Source of the DNA: Sedimentisphaerales bacterium
GTDB lineage: Bacteria; Planctomycetota; Phycisphaerae; Sedimentisphaerales; SM23-30
NCBI GenBank assembly: GCA_963666285.1
Contig: OY762711.1
Strand: one strand, 5' to 3'
Length of the DNA: 64,000 bases
How positions within the stretch are numbered: position 1 is the first letter of the stretch; the number at the start of each line of letters is the position of its first letter. The position numbers and the translations under genes were made by a program. The notes under the pieces were generated by a model. That model saw only the letters and a list, made by a program, of their open reading frames with translations. It ran no database searches and was not told where the DNA came from. Below, piece by piece: positions 1-9,188 of the stretch.

Positions 1-279
1 CGGCAGCTCCATTGTAAATGATACGAATATCTCGCCTTTTTCATCTACGCTGATATCTGTCTCTGCTATCTGACCGACTTTATATCCGCCAAGCTGGATC
101 GGGCTGCCCTCGCTCAAACCATGAAGACCGGTTGTATACGGCACTCTCACAGTTATCATCTGATACTCTTCGGTTAGCTTCGTAACATCTGCCAATAGCA
201 CGACAACATAAACCGCCAGGGCCAAAACAGCAAAAACCGTTATGCCCACTAATATTTCATTATTTTTATTCTTTGCCAT
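1..279 (-). CDS. mlaD: MlaD/MCE family protein, N-terminal part (runs off the window start)
   Basis: ATG at 279 reads MAKNKNNEILVGITVFAVLALAVYVVLLLAD...GLHGLSEGSPIQLGGYKVG (TM anchor plus MCE motif); directly downstream of mlaF. Confidence 0.85.
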   Translation of the reverse strand, partial: MAKNKNNEILVGITVFAVLALAVYVVVLLADVTKLTEEYQMITVRVPYTTGLHGLSEGSPIQLGGYKVGQIAETDISVDEKGEIFVSFTMELP

Positions 280-302
280 CTTCCATCAACTATAAAAGGT
301 AA

Positions 303-1181
303 TTATCTTTCTTCATGATATCCTGCGCCCAGAAGATCATCCTGGTAACTGGCACTATTAGCTTTGCTGGTCAGCGGCCCCTCGGCTTCGCCCCTGAGAA
401 ACTGCCTCATCAGTAACTCGTCTTCTCCGGCCAGCTCATCCGGTTCACTATCTCGCAATTTTTCAAAATCACTTCGCGGACCAACCATCAAAATTCTGCC
501 CTTATCCAGCATACACATGCGGTCGGCTATCGCAAACGCGGAATCCATCTCATGAGTCACTACCACACTGGTAACACCCAGTTTACTCGACAGGTCTTTT
601 ATTAAGTTGTCAATCTGGGCACTCGTTACCGGGTCCAGACCGGCACTCGGTTCATCGTAAAATAATATATCAGGATCCAGCGCTATCGCCCGGGCCAGTC
701 CGGCACGCTTCTTCATGCCGCCGCTCAACATGGCAGGCATCTTATCTGCATGGTTACGAAGGTTCACCAGCTCCAGTTTTATTTTCACCATTATATCAAT
801 GGTTTCCGCATCCAGTCCGGTATGTTCCGACAACGGCAGCGATACATTCTCACTTACTGTCATCGAATTAAACAACGCACCCGACTGAAACAGTATTCCG
901 AATCGTTTGCGTATCTCGTCCAGCTCTCTCTCACTCATCTGCGTAATTTCTTTGCCAAAAAGTTCTATCGTACCTTCGTCCGGTCGATGAGATCCTATCA
1001 AATGACGCAGCAGAGTACTTTTACCACAGCCGCTGCCGCCCATAATAACCATAATCTCGCCCGGATATACCTCCAGGTTCAAACCGTCCAGCACTACCTG
1101 GCTGCCGAATGTTTTACACAAACCGCTAACCCTGATCACCGGCTCGTCCGGGCCATATTCTCTTTTACACTCTGTTACCAT
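303..1181 (-). CDS. mlaF: ABC transporter ATP-binding protein, MlaF/Mkl family
   Basis: Walker A GGSGCGKST, LSGGMKKR signature, YDEPSAGLDP. Confidence 0.92.
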   Translation of the reverse strand: MVTECKREYGPDEPVIRVSGLCKTFGSQVVLDGLNLEVYPGEIMVIMGGSGCGKSTLLRHLIGSHRPDEGTIELFGKEITQMSERELDEIRKRFGILFQSGALFNSMTVSENVSLPLSEHTGLDAETIDIMVKIKLELVNLRNHADKMPAMLSGGMKKRAGLARAIALDPDILFYDEPSAGLDPVTSAQIDNLIKDLSSKLGVTSVVVTHEMDSAFAIADRMCMLDKGRILMVGPRSDFEKLRDSEPDELAGEDELLMRQFLRGEAEGPLTSKANSASYQDDLLGAGYHEER

Positions 1182-2021
1182 TTAACTAAAAATACCATAA
1201 GCATAAAATATTACCGTAAACACCGCTGCTGCCATTATAACCGCCACGATACTGTAAACCACCGTCAGGGTTGTCGCCCGACCGACACCTTCACTTCCTT
1301 CCCAGGGCTTGACCGACAATCCCATATAGCAGGCCACCAGGCCTATGAGCAAACCATATACCCCGGCTTTCACCAGGCCGCTTACGAAACCTGATATATC
1401 CACCGCTTCTCGACTCAACTGCATATACAGTCCCGGATCGACCCCGAGGTTCCGGCCTGTAGCCATGCCTGCCGCTACCATCACAACATCAGCAATCACC
1501 GACAGCAACACGGTCATTATCATCGTTGCCGCCAATCGCGGCGCGACAAGAAACCGTACCGGGCTTAACGCTGTTGCACGCAAAGCTTCTATCTCTTCGG
1601 TCGTTACCATAGTACCCAGCTCGGCGGCTATACTGGCTCCGGCAAAACCGCTCAATATTATCGCGGTCATCAACGGCCCCAGCTCACGCAACGCTGCAAT
1701 AGCATTAATGGTGGCAATCTGCTCACCCTGACCAAACTCGTTTAACTTCGGATACATCTGCAGCGGCATAATCACACCGACCGCAACCTGTATCATAATT
1801 ACTATCGGGATAGCTCTCACTCCTACCCGAACCATCTGGAACGCCAGCGCAGAACGGCTTACCCGCTGCGAACGAAATACCATTCCCTTTAGGAGCACCA
1901 TGACAGTTTCAAATAATAGAAATGTCATCCCGCCCAACATAGAAAAAAAACCGGCAAGCTTATCTATAAGCAACCGGCCTGGTATCATTATGGAATTCCT
2001 GTTATCTGCCTTTTCCGGCAT
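1182..2021 (-). CDS. mlaE: ABC transporter permease, MlaE family
   Basis: RELGPLMTAIILSG, AAELGTM...EEIEAL and EGVGRATT motifs. Confidence 0.92.
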   Translation of the reverse strand: MPEKADNRNSIMIPGRLLIDKLAGFFSMLGGMTFLLFETVMVLLKGMVFRSQRVSRSALAFQMVRVGVRAIPIVIMIQVAVGVIMPLQMYPKLNEFGQGEQIATINAIAALRELGPLMTAIILSGFAGASIAAELGTMVTTEEIEALRATALSPVRFLVAPRLAATMIMTVLLSVIADVVMVAAGMATGRNLGVDPGLYMQLSREAVDISGFVSGLVKAGVYGLLIGLVACYMGLSVKPWEGSEGVGRATTLTVVYSIVAVIMAAAVFTVIFYAYGIFS

Positions 2022-2045
2022 TACCTGTCTCCTGACAAATAAAGG

Positions 2046-2411
2046 CTATTGCAATGCAAGTACTACTGAATCGTAGAAATCAAACATTGACTCCAGCCTG
2101 GCTATTTCAAATACTCCTCTTACACGCTCATTAACACCTGAAAGCCTTAAATTACACATCTTCTTCTTGGATAATTTCAAGCCTTCGATCAGGGTTGCCA
2201 GGCCGCTCGAATCCATACAGTCTACCCCGGCCATATCCACGATCAGCTTCTTGGGCGGGTCCTGCAGGATTGACAGCAGTTCCTGCCGCAAATCCATCGA
2301 ACAGCTCATATCAAATGAGCCGGACAATTCGAGGATGATACTATCATCTACTTTTCGGATATCTTTTATTATTTTGTTATTTTCATACTGCATAGCTATA
2401 TTATTCACCAT
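2046..2411 (-). CDS. STAS-domain anti-sigma factor antagonist (start uncertain, ORF open to 2471)
   Basis: VDMAGVDCMDSSGLATLI phospho-Ser motif of the SpoIIAA/RsbV family. Confidence 0.85.
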   Translation of the reverse strand: MVNNIAMQYENNKIIKDIRKVDDSIILELSGSFDMSCSMDLRQELLSILQDPPKKLIVDMAGVDCMDSSGLATLIEGLKLSKKKMCNLRLSGVNERVRGVFEIARLESMFDFYDSVVLALQ

Positions 2412-2481
2412 TGATCTTCTCAATTCTGTTAATAATACTACATTTACTTTCCCCTCATATTTGATCCCCAATCCTGCACAT

Positions 2482-2916
2482 TTACAGGTATTTAATCATC
2501 GTCAATATCATTCCTTTATCTTCAGCTTTCTTATATTCGACAAAATCCATTATCGTCTTTATTATATGAACACCCAAACCTCCCGGTCTTATATCCTCCA
2601 GGTCCCTGCTCTTGATCTGGGAGATATCCACCTGGCAGCCAAAGTCACGGGTTACTATTTTCAGTCCCTTTTTGCCTTCGGTTTGGTCAAATAAAACCTT
2701 AATCTTATTGTCATTCTTCTGACATCCATAACCATGCCTGATTATATTTGTAAACGCTTCGGTTACGGCAAGCGAGATCTTCGCGACGACCTTATCATCA
2801 AAGCCAACAGATTCTGCACACTTGCATGTCGCCGAACGGATATTTCTAATCTCATCGCAAACCGCTGAAAATTCCATTTCAACCGGCATATCAGTTATGT
2901 TATTAGATGTTGACAT
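2482..2916 (-). CDS. RsbW/SpoIIAB-like anti-sigma Ser kinase (HATPase_c_2)
   Basis: LAVTEAFTNIIRHGY, RDFG and RPGGLGVHII motifs. Confidence 0.88.
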   Translation of the reverse strand: MSTSNNITDMPVEMEFSAVCDEIRNIRSATCKCAESVGFDDKVVAKISLAVTEAFTNIIRHGYGCQKNDNKIKVLFDQTEGKKGLKIVTRDFGCQVDISQIKSRDLEDIRPGGLGVHIIKTIMDFVEYKKAEDKGMILTMIKYL

Positions 2917-2932
2917 TAAAATAATTTTGCCT

Positions 2933-3334
2933 TTACTCTTTCTCTGATGACGTTTCGACCGGGTAATTATCCGCCAGCCATTTACGCCAGGTCTTCACCG
3001 CTTCGTATCTACGGCCCGCATCATAGCGGTAATTATAGCCGTTATCAGTACCGGTAAGTTTCTTTAATGACATTATGGCATAAAATCTCACACCGGCATC
3101 TTCATCTTCCAACAGATCAATTTGCCTCGACAAATATTCATAATTTCCGGCTTCAGCAACTTTATGCATTGCTGATACCTGAAAAGCAGGCACACCGCTG
3201 TCAATATCTGACATTTCAGTTTTATCAAGGCCGCGATTGCAGCCGCCCGAAAAACAGAATATCAATATCGCCGAAAGGTATGTCCAAAATACGACTCTCC
3301 TGGTCGTACCAAATTTTGTCATATTATATTTCAT
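2933..3334 (-). CDS. Putative lipoprotein with HEAT-like repeat
   Basis: Signal-like segment ending SGGC; LLEDEDAGVRFYAIMSLKKLTG. Confidence 0.65.
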   Translation of the reverse strand: MKYNMTKFGTTRRVVFWTYLSAILIFCFSGGCNRGLDKTEMSDIDSGVPAFQVSAMHKVAEAGNYEYLSRQIDLLEDEDAGVRFYAIMSLKKLTGTDNGYNYRYDAGRRYEAVKTWRKWLADNYPVETSSEKE

Positions 3335-3504
3335 TTATTATTTCTGGTTTATCTAATGTCATTAAACGCAACTATCAGCTGACATTATATTTTCGGCAAT
3401 ATTTGATTATGTTTTCAGTTTAGCTCGATTTACTATTTGTTTTATTAAAACTTTGTTGAATTTACCACCACAGACAGGTCCCATAACAAGAAATGGTTTA
3501 AAGC

Positions 3505-3534
3505 AAAAAGCCCGGGTATCTATTTACCCGGGCT
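3505..3534 (-). terminator. Intrinsic terminator
   Basis: AGCCCGGGTA/TACCCGGGCT stem followed by a T-run on the minus strand. Confidence 0.7.
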
Positions 3535-3775
3535 GGTTGCAGCTTCCACTTGTGAATCCAAAAGGAGATTAGGGGAAAATGAAGTTCATAAAAGTTTTAT
3601 AATAAAACTTTGTTGTTCAGCTTTAGTCTTTATATATCCTGTAAATTATTACAATTTAACTAATTACATTTAAGATGATTCTTTTCGACAGTTATAACGC
3701 CTCTTTGCTTCTCTTGTCTTTTCCGCATCAACTAAACAAAAACTGGTGCTTTAAAGATTATATACTTGAGAAACA

Positions 3776-4819
3776 TCATGGGGCAATAAAAGTATCATCT
3801 TCTTCCGGAGTTTCAACTCCATAATATTCTACCGCTTTTTTGATCGTAAAAATATCATCCTGCTGCGGACCGTATAACCGATCACGCATAAAGACAACAT
3901 TTCCGTCGGAGAACAGTACCACCTGGCCTTTACTGCCGTGGTTCAGCGAGTTCACTTTTCGTAATTCAGAATCCATCGGAACTGATATTACATGCTGCAG
4001 ATTACTGTCAAAACCGGCAAAAATTGGATTTTTATCCGATGCTGCCGCCTCGCGTTTTATACCCCACTGGGTATTACTGTTAGGAATGATCAGCCTAAAA
4101 CTGTAATTCACATGATCTTTACTCATAAAGTCGTTCAGCTCACGTGCTTTTTTATCTGACATCTGCTCCAGCTGAACAAATATTTTGCCATTATTGCGGT
4201 CTGCCGGGCACAGGAAATTCTCCGGACGGGCATAACCGTCTTTGACCAGCCGGTAAACATGGCGGGTATTCGAACCGGCATCCGGTCTCTGCTCTCCTAT
4301 ATTCCACCATTTGCCGTTACTGCTGTCTGCCTGAGGCATAAGACCATTATTATCTGATGCATAATTCTGGAACGCGCCGCCAAGTTCGGCCATCTGTTTC
4401 TCACATTGCTTACGCTGTGCGATACTGCGGGAATAATCAAGGCCGGGCTTTCCTACCAGAAATACCAGCAGCAGACATGCCGCTACCGCAAAGATATCAC
4501 GCAAATTGCCCAATACCCAGCTCAAACGACCTTCGTTTGTATATTCACGCTTGTTATAGCGTACTCGGGCACTTTCCAGGTTAAGCGAATATTCCTTATC
4601 CTGATGGGTCTGTACATAACCGGCTGTTCGGTCGGCCAATCCAACCGGAACATGAACATCATTTATTAGATCAAGCCGGTCAAAAGTATGCTTCAGACCG
4701 TCATACACCGCTCGGGCCTGCTCATCTTGAGCAATCAGCTTTTCAACTTCTTCCTTTCGGTCATTCTGACCGGTCAGAAAGTCAAAAATCAGTTCAAATT
4801 GTTCCTGTCTTTTTTCCAT
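3776..4819 (-). CDS. Membrane-anchored putative anti-sigma factor with C-terminal DUF1559-like/H-X9-DG region
   Basis: Follows an ECF sigma gene; one TM (IFAVAACLLLVFLV); ...QRKQCEKQMAELG...FLCPAD...NHGSKGQVVLFSDG. Confidence 0.65.
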   Translation of the reverse strand: MEKRQEQFELIFDFLTGQNDRKEEVEKLIAQDEQARAVYDGLKHTFDRLDLINDVHVPVGLADRTAGYVQTHQDKEYSLNLESARVRYNKREYTNEGRLSWVLGNLRDIFAVAACLLLVFLVGKPGLDYSRSIAQRKQCEKQMAELGGAFQNYASDNNGLMPQADSSNGKWWNIGEQRPDAGSNTRHVYRLVKDGYARPENFLCPADRNNGKIFVQLEQMSDKKARELNDFMSKDHVNYSFRLIIPNSNTQWGIKREAAASDKNPIFAGFDSNLQHVISVPMDSELRKVNSLNHGSKGQVVLFSDGNVVFMRDRLYGPQQDDIFTIKKAVEYYGVETPEEDDTFIAP

Positions 4820-4985
4820 AATTCGTCTAACCCACAATATTTATCAGGGCCATAATATTCAATTATATCATACTATTCCGTTACTACCGCTTATAGTAAC
4901 TCACTGTAACGGCTGCAAGCTATGCCGATACTGCCGGCAATACAAAATATTGTTATATCTTCCAAATCCGGCTTCTTACTTATAT

Positions 4986-5567
4986 TTACTTGTTCATTAC
5001 CTTCCGGAACCGCTCGGAGAAGTTATTCACCGCGGTATGCAGCCGTGACTTCACCGTTCCCAGCGGAATATCAAGCATTTCGGCTATTTCCTTATATGGC
5101 ATATGCTTAAAATATGCCAATACCAGCATCTCTCGCAAATTCTCAGGCATACCTGCCACCACGTTTCTAACCAGGTCGCGGGTCTGCTCTCGTTCCAAAA
5201 TATCCAACGGAGTCTCTTCATCCCTCATCAGGTTATCCCAAATAGAGGACAATTCCTCATTATCTTCCGAATTACTGAAATTAACCGTGGGACGACGACT
5301 CTGCGATCGCAGGATATCACGTGCCTTATTTGTTGCTATTGTATAGAGCCATGGCTTGAACCTGCGAGATGGATCGAATGAATCTGCAGATAAATGAACC
5401 TGAAGAAACGCTTCCTGAAAAGCCTCCTCGGCCAAGTTCGGCTGATTCATAAATCGCGATAGATAACTATAAAGCTCTTTCTCATAACGCCTTATGAGAA
5501 ACCCTATCGCGCCCTCATCGCCGCTCTGCAGGTCAGCCATTAATTGTTCGTCTGTTTTATCAGTCAC
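4986..5567 (-). CDS. ECF RNA polymerase sigma-70 factor
   Basis: AEEAFQEAFLQV, FKPWLYTIATN, YKEIAEMLDIPLGTVKSRLH. Confidence 0.93.
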   Translation of the reverse strand: MTDKTDEQLMADLQSGDEGAIGFLIRRYEKELYSYLSRFMNQPNLAEEAFQEAFLQVHLSADSFDPSRRFKPWLYTIATNKARDILRSQSRRPTVNFSNSEDNEELSSIWDNLMRDEETPLDILEREQTRDLVRNVVAGMPENLREMLVLAYFKHMPYKEIAEMLDIPLGTVKSRLHTAVNNFSERFRKVMNK

Positions 5568-5853
5568 TTTTTATTACGCTTTTATATTAATGTGGGTTCT
5601 GAGATATAATTTTTTTTCATATATTTATCGTCAAATTACAGCATTTATGCTTAGATATTACTGATTTAACGATTATAACATCAAAAACAAACGAATTGGC
5701 TCTTTGCCTTTTAAACCCTTAATTATTCAGATAGTTACAAGAATTATTCTTTTTTATATTTTTTTATTTTTTTCAGGAAAAACCCTTGCATAAATTAAAA
5801 AAACAGGTATATTATCTAGTCTCTTGATTGCTTGAAAGAAATCAGGCAAATGA

Positions 5854-5927
5854 GGGGCGGTAGCTCAATTGGTTAGAGCATTGGACTGTCGATCCAAAGG
5901 TTGCGAGTTCGATTCTCGTCCGCCTCG
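5854..5927 (+). tRNA. tRNA-Asp(GTC), CCA not encoded
   Basis: GGGGCGG/CCGCCTC acceptor stem, TTGGA-CTGTCGA-TCCAA anticodon arm, GCGAG-TTCGATT-CTCGT T arm. Confidence 0.95.
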
Positions 5928-5934
5928 CTTAATA

Positions 5935-5972
5935 AACCGCGGTTGTCAATAGATGACTGCGGTTCTTTTTTT
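5935..5972 (+). terminator. Intrinsic terminator after tRNA-Asp
   Basis: AACCGCGGTTGTC/GATGACTGCGGTT stem (with G-U pairs) followed by CTTTTTTT. Confidence 0.75.
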
Positions 5973-5985
5973 GCGCTTAACTCTG
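5951..5985 (+). repeat. 35-bp direct repeat, left copy flanking the RM gene
   Basis: AGATGACTGCGGTTCTTTTTTTGCGCTTAACTCTG; 34/35 identical to 9027-9061. Confidence 0.9.
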
Positions 5986-6225
5986 GAATGCTCTGATAGC
6001 GTATTTCGATACAACTGGCCAATTAAATACACGACTAAACCACTCATTTTCTCTTTCTGGTATTTTAATAACTGAACATGCATTTCCTAACAACAAACTA
6101 ACCACCTGATAATAAACAAATTACAACACAGTTATGCGAGAAAAGAAATATTTCATCATGATGATTATAATTAAAATAGTATTCAAATCCATAAAGGAAA
6201 GCATATAATATAAGAGCGATAAAGC

Positions 6226-8775
6226 TTGTTAAATACTAGAAGGAATACCCCCGTGTTACAAATTACGTTAGAAGCTGATAATAGTATAGTTGATGAAGTT
6301 GATTTATTCCGTTTCCGAATAAATAATGAACTTGAATCTAAAAACAAATCAGCGCTTGGACAGTATTTTACACCTGCACCAATATGTCGATTTATGGCTT
6401 CTTTATTTGATAGTATCCCCTCAAAATCTTATCTTCTAGACCCTGGCTGTGGCACCGGTGGGTTAACTTCGGCTTTTATTGAAGAAGCAATAAACAGAAA
6501 TGAAATAGTAGACATAGAAGCTGATCTATACGACATTGAACCAAAAGTTAAACCATACATTACAGAAGTCAAAAATCTTTGTAGCAAATCTGCAAAAATC
6601 AACTTTATTGAAGACGATTTCATACTAAATTTTGATACAATACTAAATGAATCTTTTTTCAATTCAATTAGTGTTGAAAAATACAGCCATGCAATACTAA
6701 ATCCTCCTTATAAGAAAATTGCGACAAAAAGTAACCATAGAATCTGCTTAAGAAAAGCCGGAGTTGAAATAGTCAACATATATGCCGGTTTTGTTGCCCT
6801 CAGCATACTGCAACTTCGCAAAGGTGGTGAGCTAGTAGCCATTATACCTCGATCTTTTTGTAATGGTTTGTACTATGAGCCTTTTAGAAAATTTATTCTT
6901 AATAGAACTGCAATAAAACACATACACATATTTGAAAGCAGAACAGACGCCTTTTCTGATGAAGATGTTCTTCAGGAAAATATTATTGTTCACTTAGTCA
7001 AAGGCGAAAAACAAAAAGATGTAACAATCACTTCGAGTCCAACATCTGACTTCCATATTGATCCGATTACTAACACATATTCCGCAACAGATATGACTAT
7101 ACGTTCTGTTCCTATTAGCTCAATAGTAAACCAACATGACAGAAATTTATTCATCCATATTGCGGCTAACAACAGAGATCAGGCTATCATAGATAAACTT
7201 AGTATCTTTACTTCAACCTTAGACGACCTAAATATAGAAGTATCAACAGGTCCTGTTGTTGATTTTCGCCTTAAAAATGATCTAAGAGAAAACTATGAAG
7301 ATGGCTTAGCTCCTTTGCTTTACCCTATTCACTTTAAAAACGGATTTAAATGGCCGCAAAAAACAAAAAAACCTAACGCAATCAATATTTCAAAAAAGTC
7401 CAGAAAATGGCTCTGGGATAATACTGGATATTTTGTAATCACAAAACGTTTCAGTTCAAAAGAAGAAAATAGGAGAATAGTTGCGTCAATTTACGATGGT
7501 ACCTTACCAGGAAGGTTTATTGGTTTTGAAAATAAATTAAACGTCTTTCATCACAAAAAAAAAGCTATTGAAAAAGAGCTAGCTTTAGGATTAATGATTT
7601 TTCTTAATTGCACATTGGTAGATAAATACTATCGTCTTTTCGGTGGTCATACACAAGTTAATGCAACAGACCTCAGAGCAATTAAATATCCTGACTTTGA
7701 AACATTGATTAGGCTTGGAAAAAAGGTAGATAGTCCATCATTATCACAAAAAGAAATTGACGACTTAATTGAAAAGGAAATTATCAAAATGACCGGGAAT
7801 GATAATAATAACCCTATTGAGATGCAAAATAAAATAGACCAAGCCTTACAGATACTCATTGACGTTGGAATGCCTCGCGCTCAGCAAAATGAAAGGTCTG
7901 CACTCACTTTATTAGCATTACTAAACCTGACACCACAAAAGCAATGGAGTGATGCTGAATCTCCAATGATAGGCGTAACACCGATAATGGATTGGTGCCT
8001 TAATGAATATGGTAAAGAATACGCGCCAAATACAAGAGAGACATTTCGCAGACAAACTCTTCACCAATTTGTTGATGGTGGAGTTTGTCTTTATAATCCA
8101 GATAAACCAGATAGACCTGTTAACAGCCCAAAGGCTTGTTATCAAATTACTCCTGAATTGCTCAAAATAATCAAACATTACGGCACCACCAATTGGACCC
8201 CATATTTAAATCGCTGGCTTAAAAAACGGAAAACACTGGTTCAAAAATATGCCAAAAGCCGCGATATGGCAATGATCCCTTTAACTTTAGATACTGGAGA
8301 GGAAATATTATTAAGTCCAGGAGATCATAGTCAATTAATCTGCGATATCGTTAATGAATTTGGGCAGCGTTTTGTTCCTGGCGCAGAAGTTATATACTTA
8401 GGCGATACTGGAGCTAAAGAAGAATTTTTCAATAAGGAAAAATTAGAAGAACTTGGAGTAACCGTTAATCGAAAGGGTAAATTGCCAGATGTTGTATTGT
8501 ATTGGCAAAACAAAGACTGGCTGCTACTTATTGAATCTGTAACCAGTCATGGACCAGTAGATAGTAAAAGACATTCTGAACTATCAGAATTGTTCAAAAA
8601 TGCAAAACCAGGATTGGTTTATGTAACAGCATTCCCAAATCGCTCCATAATGGCAAAATACCTTACTGATATTTCATGGGAAACCGAAGTCTGGACAGCA
8701 GATACCCCAACCCATTTGATACATTTTAACGGTGACAGGTTTCTTGGACCACATAATAATAATTCACAAACTTGA
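6226..8775 (+). CDS. Fused N6-adenine methyltransferase and BsuBI/PstI-family restriction endonuclease (start possibly GTG 6253)
   Basis: GQYFTP, LDPGCGTG and NPPY in the N-terminal part; YAPNTRETFRRQTLHQF, GKLPDVV and IESVTSHGP in the C-terminal part; one continuous frame. Confidence 0.88.
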   Translation: MLNTRRNTPVLQITLEADNSIVDEVDLFRFRINNELESKNKSALGQYFTPAPICRFMASLFDSIPSKSYLLDPGCGTGGLTSAFIEEAINRNEIVDIEADLYDIEPKVKPYITEVKNLCSKSAKINFIEDDFILNFDTILNESFFNSISVEKYSHAILNPPYKKIATKSNHRICLRKAGVEIVNIYAGFVALSILQLRKGGELVAIIPRSFCNGLYYEPFRKFILNRTAIKHIHIFESRTDAFSDEDVLQENIIVHLVKGEKQKDVTITSSPTSDFHIDPITNTYSATDMTIRSVPISSIVNQHDRNLFIHIAANNRDQAIIDKLSIFTSTLDDLNIEVSTGPVVDFRLKNDLRENYEDGLAPLLYPIHFKNGFKWPQKTKKPNAINISKKSRKWLWDNTGYFVITKRFSSKEENRRIVASIYDGTLPGRFIGFENKLNVFHHKKKAIEKELALGLMIFLNCTLVDKYYRLFGGHTQVNATDLRAIKYPDFETLIRLGKKVDSPSLSQKEIDDLIEKEIIKMTGNDNNNPIEMQNKIDQALQILIDVGMPRAQQNERSALTLLALLNLTPQKQWSDAESPMIGVTPIMDWCLNEYGKEYAPNTRETFRRQTLHQFVDGGVCLYNPDKPDRPVNSPKACYQITPELLKIIKHYGTTNWTPYLNRWLKKRKTLVQKYAKSRDMAMIPLTLDTGEEILLSPGDHSQLICDIVNEFGQRFVPGAEVIYLGDTGAKEEFFNKEKLEELGVTVNRKGKLPDVVLYWQNKDWLLLIESVTSHGPVDSKRHSELSELFKNAKPGLVYVTAFPNRSIMAKYLTDISWETEVWTADTPTHLIHFNGDRFLGPHNNNSQT

Positions 8776-9026
8776 TAGTATAACTGCAGTTTTTTACAAA
8801 AAACTTTTATACATTTCAAGTCAAAACAATCTCCTAAAAGACCTTCCTGCTAAGTTTTAAATTTTGAACAAAGCGTGAGACAATATTGCCTACCCACCTA
8901 ATTGATCCCATTCTGTCCCACGAATAACGTCGAACTGTAAAAGTATCTCTCTTATAAGATACAAAGCGAAATGGTAAAAAACATTTCCTTTAAATTCGAA
9001 AATAGAATCCCTTAACTTACTAAAAC

Positions 9027-9061
9027 AGATGACTGCGGTTCTTTTTTTGCGCATAACTCTG
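9027..9061 (+). repeat. 35-bp direct repeat, right copy flanking the RM gene
   Basis: AGATGACTGCGGTTCTTTTTTTGCGCATAACTCTG. Confidence 0.9.
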
Positions 9062-9188
9062 ACATTTCCAAACATTTAGCGTTATCAGGTAAATACTCAA
9101 TTGCCAAACCAACTGCCGCAACTGGCAGGCTCTACCAAATAGCCCGCCAGGTATAACTCTCATATATCATCTACAAGATCTCTAACAC

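Noticed and set aside
8773..8778. Other TGA stops as Sec candidates (RM gene here; also ogt at 59647)
   Set aside because: Followed immediately by an in-frame TAG; no read-through frame or SECIS-like stem
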